This document shows positions 57,895 to 64,000 of a DNA stretch of 64,000 bases, one piece after another. The position numbers and the translations under genes are program-made. Every line of letters begins with the position of its first letter. Position 1 is the stretch's first letter. The DNA is from an uncultured bacterium (lineage in GTDB: Bacteria > UBP4 > UBA4092). Location of the stretch: positions 1 through 64,000 of the forward strand of contig CAZXWN010000010.1 in NCBI GenBank assembly GCA_964644695.1, in the 5' to 3' direction. Below the pieces are notes generated by a model. It was given only the letters and a program-made list of their open reading frames with translations, had not been told where the DNA came from and searched no databases.

Positions 57895-59817
57895 ATGGCT
57901 GATATAAAAACTTATATCCCGACCGGGAATGAATATATTACTTTACCCACTCTCCGAGAGACCGATGGTGCTATTGAAAGTTTGAATGTTGTCTATGAAC
58001 AGTATCGGGGTTTATTGGAATTTACGGGATGTGAAAATCCAGTTTTTCCTTTTCTCCAACCTTGTTTGTATATCAATGAGAAAGAAATCCAACCCAAACC
58101 GGGTGAACTTCAGTGGCGGCGATTAGAGAACTGGATTCCTCAATTTATCTGGAAGGTGGGGGATATCCAACTGACAGGGACCTATCTTACTCCGACGGGG
58201 GAACGGGGTTTAGCCATTCGCCTGGATATTACCTGTCTGAGTGAAACGGAAGTCCCTGTTTTCTATGGATTGAAAGGGACATGGCAATGGCTGAATCATG
58301 CCATTAATATAACCAAGAAGATGCGAGTAGTGCGGCGAGTCGCTCCTGCGGCGTGGGGCAATACAATGATGCTGGAGGCAGCCCGAGAAACTTCCATTGT
58401 CTGTCTGGGATTACAATCCAGTCCGGACCTGGATACGATGTCATGGGGAACCCAGACCTATCCCGATCCGATATCCAGACAAGAGGGTTAACCTACCCTT
58501 GAATTTGATTATCCTAATACCACTCCTTTTTTCTGGACCCTTGGTAAGACCTATATTCTAAAACCCGGTGAGACTCAAACACAGGATATCTTCTTTGGAG
58601 CTGCGGTAGATGAAGTAGGTGCTTTTACTTCAGCATTGGAAATGAAACGAAAATCGTTTGATGTTTGTCTGGAGAATACAGTCCAGTTCTTGAAGTCCCA
58701 TCAACTTTCCCTGAATAAGACCCAGTATTCTTCAATTGAAGGGGAAGCCAGAGAATCCCTTGAATCCAGAATGAATCTCAATGCGTGGTTCTGTTATTTC
58801 TTTGCATTGGGTCGGTGTCTGGACACTGAACATCTGGCATTAGTTACATCGCGGTCTCCTCGATATTATGTGAGCGCTGGTTACTGGGACCGGGATATTT
58901 TGTATTGGGCTTTCCCGGTTATTCTGGACATGCATCCAGAGTTAGCCCGTGAGATATTACTTCGAGTGTTCACTACCCATAATCGGAATGTGGGGATTCA
59001 TTCACAGTATTTGGATGGGACAGTATTGGAACCGGGGTTTGAATTGGATGAATTATGTGCTCCGGTGATTGCCCTTGCAGATTATGTCGATGAGACCCGG
59101 GACGACTCCTTATTAGAATTACCGGAAGTTTGGAATGGATTAGAACATATTCTCAAGGTTCTTAATACCAAGAAACATCCTGAGGTGGATTTATACAGTA
59201 CCTTCCTGTTACCTTCGGATGACCCTGCGATGTATCCCTATGTAACTTATGACAATGTGCTGGTGTGGAGAACACTGACAGAGTTGTCCTGGATATGGCA
59301 TCAATACAAAGAAGGGGATAAAGGGACTTTATTAAAGAAGCAGGCGACTGCGGTCAAGTGGGCAATCAATACCCATTGTATTGTGAAACAGGGAGAGACG
59401 GACATATATGCGTGGGCGGTAGATTTGAAGGGGAACTTCCAGATTTATGATGACCCTCCGGGTTCACTCCAGCTGATGCCTTTCCATGAATTTTGTTCCA
59501 AGTCCGATGCTGTGTGGAAGGCTACTATTGATTACCTTCATTCTGCAGAGTACCGGTATTCCTTCGCAGGTAAACCCTTTGCTGCCATAGGTTGTGACCA
59601 CTTCCCACATCCGGCAGTTTTCTCCATGGTTAACATGATGTTAGGAAACAAGGCGGAAGAGGGTTTAGACTTGATTGTCCGGTCGCGGATGGATGATGGA
59701 ATAGCCTGTGAATCTGTCAATGAAGAAACGGGAGCGCTTCAAACTGGGGCAGCGTTCGCCACACTGGCGGGGCTGCTGGCCCATGTCCTGTATATTTCGT
59801 ATGACCCCAAAAAATAA
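57895..59817 (+). pseudogene. GH125-like (alpha/alpha)6 glycoside hydrolase interrupted by an in-frame TAA at 58489-58491
   Basis: ORFs 57895..58491 and 58636..59817 are in the same frame, and the sequence between them is open after the TAA. Motifs YWDRD, FELDELC, LPSDDP, YDDPPGSL, ACESV. Confidence 0.75.
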
Positions 59818-59846
59818 CCCCCCAGATGAATATCTGGAGGGTTTTG
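59816..59846. terminator. Hairpin terminator between convergent genes
   Basis: aacccccccagat...atctggagggtttt. Confidence 0.65.
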
Positions 59847-59861
59847 TTGTCTGTTTAGGTA

Positions 59862-62009
59862 TTATTTCTCAGTGATAATGAGGATGCCGGAAGTATTCAT
59901 ATCCGGGAGTTGGAAGGTGAACCCATTTTCCATTAATTCATCCCCGTTATGAAGATACTTTGAACCGGTATCCGGATTCTTCAATTCATACATTCCGTTT
60001 TCTTTCAGGTTTTTCATGGGGACAGTGAAGTCCGCATCCGGATGGTTTCCCCGGAAGAAGAAGAGGATCCCCCGACCATCAGACCGGTGAAGGAATTGAT
60101 AAACTTCCCATGCCGCCGGTGCTGTCTGTTCGGATAATCGTAATTCCGGCTGGGGTGTGAGTCGGAAGAGGGGAAATTCCAAATACTGTTTGTATTTTTT
60201 ATAGAACTCAATCTGTTTCCGAATGAGAGATTTCATATCAGAATCCAGTTCCGGTAAACAAAGGGAGAGACCCGGAACTCCGAACATTCGGGATCGGAGG
60301 ACATTCTTTATTTCTTCATCCTGAGTAGATTTCAGTTCAGACAAATCACCTTTTTGAATAATGGCAGTATTGAGGTATCGTAAGGGGAACATCAGAGATG
60401 CGCCGGAGATGTTATGACGACACACCTGCGGGTTGTCATTGGTGTCATGCAGCCAGGCAGTATGCAGATGCCGGATGATTCCGAAGTCTAACCGATTTGC
60501 CCCAGAGGAACTATTTTCAATGACCAGTTTTGGGTACTTTGCCCGGAGGGTATCTAAGACTTCATAAAGTCCTTTGATATGGAAATAATTACCATCTCCG
60601 ACCTGATGTCCATGGTCGGTCCGGGTACATAGGGCGGCCTGATTTTGGTCCCATCTCAACCAGTCGAGATTACAGGTTTCAATCAGATGAGACAATTTTT
60701 CGAGAATCCATTTTCGGGTTTCCGGACATCCCAGACAGAGGGAATGGGACTGAGTCCCATCAGGATCGGTGTGAGTCAGGATACCCGTTTCATTTCCGGC
60801 ACACATTAATTCTGTCCAGTCCACACCGGGGAGGTCTTTTGTATTTTTATCCACCCGTTCGGGTTCCACCCATAACCCAAACTTGAGGGCTTTCCCGTGG
60901 GTATAGTCAGAGAGTTTTTTCAGGCCGGAAGGATATTTCTCCGGATTAACAGTCCAAGTCCCCAGACCTTTGGAAGGGTTGTTGGTGTTTTCAGCGGCGG
61001 ACATGGGAGACCCTGTGTACCAACCGGGACCCACAAAAATCCCATCACACCGGGTTTGACTGGCACCGTCTATTTCATCTTTTAATAATTTTTCATCAAG
61101 GTTTATTCCATATCCAAACCAGGTGTTATCCATGACCCAGGGAAGTTTGGCGGGAGTGGAGGGAATCACTCTGGACTCCAGATAGTCTTTGGTTTTGATG
61201 CTGGCAAAATCCACATCGCCATCGGTGAGTCCGATGAATACAGATGGGAAGTCGATAGACTTTCCGGGTTGAAGGGTTTGTTTGAATCCATTCAGTCCTG
61301 ACTGAAGAACCAGTTGACCATCGGGGCAGGGATATAACCCCATCCGCCATTGTCCGGACCATTCAATCCCCATAAAGAGGGACTCATTGTTCCATTGATT
61401 TTCAAGAGCCATCCATCCAAAATTGAGTTCTGAGGACCGGGTCCCGGAATGAAGGTCCAGACCTTCGTCGGGTAACTCAGAGAGGAGCTTCGAAGTGTGA
61501 GTAAAGGAGGGATAAATGCCGGACTTGTTTTGACATTCTTCAGACCGGATTCCCTTGATGGTATGGATGAAGATATCCATCTCTTTATAGAGAGAAAATG
61601 AGACGGAAGGTTGTTCCAATATTTCAACAGGTTTAGACCCTTTGAGAAGTTTCTTGGAGGGTGTGAACCGGATAAGCGCCATCCTTGGGAATACTTCATA
61701 TTGGTAAATGCGCAGGTATGGCCGGTCGGAAGCGATTGCCTGAACACGCAGGACGACTCCTCCCCCGGGGATGACTTCCGCTGCGACTTCAAATTCAAGG
61801 AGGCTGTCTGATTCTGGTATTTCAATCAGGTGAGGATTCTCACCATCAATCCAGTTGATATCCGAACCGGGTTGAGAGATGGAAACCAGTCCCATCCCCT
61901 TATCAGGGGAAATCAGGAGTTCCAGCTGGATATATTCATTGCCGATTTGATACAGGTCCACCCGGCGGTCATAACGAGCGAAACACCCATGGGTTTTAAT
62001 TTCTTTCAT
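59862..62009 (-). CDS. Glycoside hydrolase family 36 (alpha-galactosidase-like)
   Basis: NTW, KYPSGL, FGLWVEPE, WDQN (nucleophile), ENSSSGANRLDFG. Confidence 0.85.
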   Translation of the reverse strand: MKEIKTHGCFARYDRRVDLYQIGNEYIQLELLISPDKGMGLVSISQPGSDINWIDGENPHLIEIPESDSLLEFEVAAEVIPGGGVVLRVQAIASDRPYLRIYQYEVFPRMALIRFTPSKKLLKGSKPVEILEQPSVSFSLYKEMDIFIHTIKGIRSEECQNKSGIYPSFTHTSKLLSELPDEGLDLHSGTRSSELNFGWMALENQWNNESLFMGIEWSGQWRMGLYPCPDGQLVLQSGLNGFKQTLQPGKSIDFPSVFIGLTDGDVDFASIKTKDYLESRVIPSTPAKLPWVMDNTWFGYGINLDEKLLKDEIDGASQTRCDGIFVGPGWYTGSPMSAAENTNNPSKGLGTWTVNPEKYPSGLKKLSDYTHGKALKFGLWVEPERVDKNTKDLPGVDWTELMCAGNETGILTHTDPDGTQSHSLCLGCPETRKWILEKLSHLIETCNLDWLRWDQNQAALCTRTDHGHQVGDGNYFHIKGLYEVLDTLRAKYPKLVIENSSSGANRLDFGIIRHLHTAWLHDTNDNPQVCRHNISGASLMFPLRYLNTAIIQKGDLSELKSTQDEEIKNVLRSRMFGVPGLSLCLPELDSDMKSLIRKQIEFYKKYKQYLEFPLFRLTPQPELRLSEQTAPAAWEVYQFLHRSDGRGILFFFRGNHPDADFTVPMKNLKENGMYELKNPDTGSKYLHNGDELMENGFTFQLPDMNTSGILIITEK

Positions 62010-62030
62010 AAAGGATTCCTTATCCTGGTA

Positions 62031-62477
62031 TTAGTTCAGATTTTTACGACGATGCAGGGTGACAGTCCAGGAGAACAGAGGTCTTCCCGGATTCCCGAGT
62101 ATTCCAACACAGGAATAAGTGTCGGGGCCGATTTGTTCCATTTTCTCCTGGCCTTCTAATTGTCCATCGGCGGTTGCGTAAGTGGACACAATAATATTTT
62201 CTTTAATGATGAATTGGCCCTGGATTTTACCCAAGTCGGGATTAAAGGAAGTCCACAGGGTTGGTGCTTCGGGTTGGTAAGGTTGTACGGTATAGGTATT
62301 TTGAAAGGATACCGGGGGTTCAGAGAATAAACTCATTTCCCCGGAGATAGTCCAGACATGGGGTTGATGGGTCACTGTGGATTGAGCAACACATCGGAAC
62401 TCCACACCCCGGGTCAAATCGGAGTAGAGTCCTTCGGCATCCCAGACGGCTTCCTCAAGAAGAAAGGTATGATTCAT
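62031..62477 (-). CDS. Hypothetical protein (beta-barrel-like)
   Basis: 148-aa ORF in operon context with SD; no recognisable motif. Confidence 0.65.
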   Translation of the reverse strand: MNHTFLLEEAVWDAEGLYSDLTRGVEFRCVAQSTVTHQPHVWTISGEMSLFSEPPVSFQNTYTVQPYQPEAPTLWTSFNPDLGKIQGQFIIKENIIVSTYATADGQLEGQEKMEQIGPDTYSCVGILGNPGRPLFSWTVTLHRRKNLN

Positions 62478-62480
62478 TCT

Positions 62481-63299
62481 TTAATCCTTTTTGGGGAAAA
62501 AGGGGAATAAAGCAGGGTCATAAGCTGCACCATGTTCTCCCCATTCAAAGGCTTCAGCATATTTGATGGTTTGTCCTAATTGTTCACCATATTCTTGTAT
62601 CAATAAATCCCGGTATCGGTCTGCATTCCAGCGGTGAGACCATTTTTCATCCAGCATGGCGATTCGGCCGGCCTCATCGTCTGCGGGAGGTACGATATCC
62701 AGATACCCATAGTTATAAGGTAACCATTCATAGAACTGAGAGGTATGCTGGTGCATCATTTTGAGTTTAGTATCCTGTACAGAGTCTATATTAATGGCGA
62801 CGGTGGGGGAGAATGGAAAGGGTTTTGTAAAGTTATCCGCCATATACATTAAGACGGGGTTATACATCAGGTGTTGAACATCAGGACAGATGTTTGGAAC
62901 GGTGACCATATACATGGCGTCCTGAACCAGTTGGGAGGTATAACGGTGGTCGGGATGGTAATCATTCGGGCGGTGGGTAATGACAATCCGGGGTTGGAAT
63001 AAACGGATAATCCGAATCACCTCTTTACGGTTAACCAGGGTCACTTCCAATTCCCCGTCATGGTTATCCAGGGTAATATATTCTGCTCCGATGACGGCTC
63101 CAGACGCACCCGCTTCGTTTCTTCTTCGTCTTGCCAAAATGGCACCAGATGCATTCTGATGTCCGGCATCCCCGTTTGTCAAGGAAACCAGTTTAACTGT
63201 ATGTCCCATTTTACGGAAAAGGGCCGCAGTTCCTCCTGCCCGGATGTCGGGATCATCGGGATGGGCACCAATCACTAAAACACGAATATCATCAACCAT
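62481..63299 (-). CDS. PIG-L/LmbE family deacetylase
   Basis: GAHPDD, LTNGDAG, RRNEA, HPDH. Confidence 0.92.
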   Translation of the reverse strand: MVDDIRVLVIGAHPDDPDIRAGGTAALFRKMGHTVKLVSLTNGDAGHQNASGAILARRRRNEAGASGAVIGAEYITLDNHDGELEVTLVNRKEVIRIIRLFQPRIVITHRPNDYHPDHRYTSQLVQDAMYMVTVPNICPDVQHLMYNPVLMYMADNFTKPFPFSPTVAINIDSVQDTKLKMMHQHTSQFYEWLPYNYGYLDIVPPADDEAGRIAMLDEKWSHRWNADRYRDLLIQEYGEQLGQTIKYAEAFEWGEHGAAYDPALFPFFPKKD

Positions 63300-63381
63300 T
63301 CATTAAACCCTCGATAGAAAGAATAAGTACATTATCGCAAAGAAACGAGTCTGCAGGAAATCCGTATGAACCCCAGACAAT

Positions 63382-63416
63382 AAAAAACCGGATTTGCCGG
63401 AGGGGCAAACCCGGTT
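63382..63416 (-). terminator. Intrinsic terminator after rubrerythrin
   Basis: aaccggatttgcc...ggcaaacccggtt with a minus-strand T-run. Confidence 0.75.
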
Positions 63417-63440
63417 AAAGCTGTGATTTATTTGAAATTA

Positions 63441-63986
63441 TTATTTATTGAAGTAGCGGTCGAGGAGGCCTTTGAAGGCAGCACCATGACGGGCTTCATC
63501 TTTACACATTTCATGGACCGTGTCATGGATGGCATCGAGGTTAAGTTCTTTAGCCCGTTTTGCGATGGCAAGTTTCCCCTGACAGGCACCGAACTCAGCA
63601 TCCACCCGTACAGACAGGTTCTTTTTTGTATCGGCACAAACCACTTCACCGAGTAATTCAGCAAACTTGGCGGCATGTTCGGCTTCTTCAAAAGCAATTC
63701 GTTTATAGGCTTCAGCGACTTCCGGATAACCTTCCCGATCGGCCTGACGGCTCATGGCCAGATACATACCGACTTCGGTACATTCACCGGCGAAATTGGC
63801 GCGGAGGCCTTCGAGGATTTCCGGGTCCAGACCTTCAACGGAACCAATGCGATGGACATCAGCCCAGGCTAATTCGCCTTTTTGTTCTATGAATTTAGAA
63901 CCGGGGACTTTACAAAGGGGGCATTTTTCGGGTGGTTCAGGACCTTCATGGACATAACCGCAAGCAGGACAAATCCATTTTTTCAT
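63441..63986 (-). CDS. Reverse rubrerythrin (NADH peroxidase)
   Basis: N-terminal rubredoxin CPACG...CPLC; di-iron EEAEH and DEARH motifs. Confidence 0.92.
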   Translation of the reverse strand: MKKWICPACGYVHEGPEPPEKCPLCKVPGSKFIEQKGELAWADVHRIGSVEGLDPEILEGLRANFAGECTEVGMYLAMSRQADREGYPEVAEAYKRIAFEEAEHAAKFAELLGEVVCADTKKNLSVRVDAEFGACQGKLAIAKRAKELNLDAIHDTVHEMCKDEARHGAAFKGLLDRYFNK

Positions 63987-64000
63987 AATGATAAAACTCC

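Noticed and set aside
58489-58491. Stop-codon reassignment or Sec/Pyl readthrough
   Set aside because: The codon is TAA, which ends many intact genes in this window; Sec and Pyl use TGA and TAG.

Overview
Bacterial chromosomal window, probably from an anaerobic diderm (TolC, group 3 NiFe hydrogenase, reverse rubrerythrin). It has no rRNA, tRNA or CRISPR array that I can see. Bases 1-9.1 kb are an AT-rich polymorphic-toxin region. It holds tandem paralogous small genes (candidate immunity array) and a frameshifted ~5.8-kb gene with an unusual architecture: signal peptide, TPRs, C39 peptidase, its own double-glycine leader motif, RHS/YD shell with an inserted lectin-like domain, and a Cys-rich C-terminal toxin. 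That gene lies between two copies of a 93-bp sequence and is followed by a toxin-like remnant and a frameshifted TPR lipoprotein. The rest of the window contains a MarR-TolC-MacAB(B) efflux operon, purF/pyrR/pyrB/queA/cysS, an ankyrin + GIY-YIG insertion, and a HydABCSL-type (likely electron-bifurcating) NiFe hydrogenase operon preceded by DRTGG and CBS-kinase genes. It also contains an ECF sigma/anti-sigma operon, hypAB, a Ski2-like helicase fused to a winged helix behind a LexA-like box, a GGDEF-EAL protein, a histidine kinase and carbohydrate enzymes. Two dispersed intergenic repeat families recur, one with covarying hairpins. All calls come from motif reading by eye; no searches were run.
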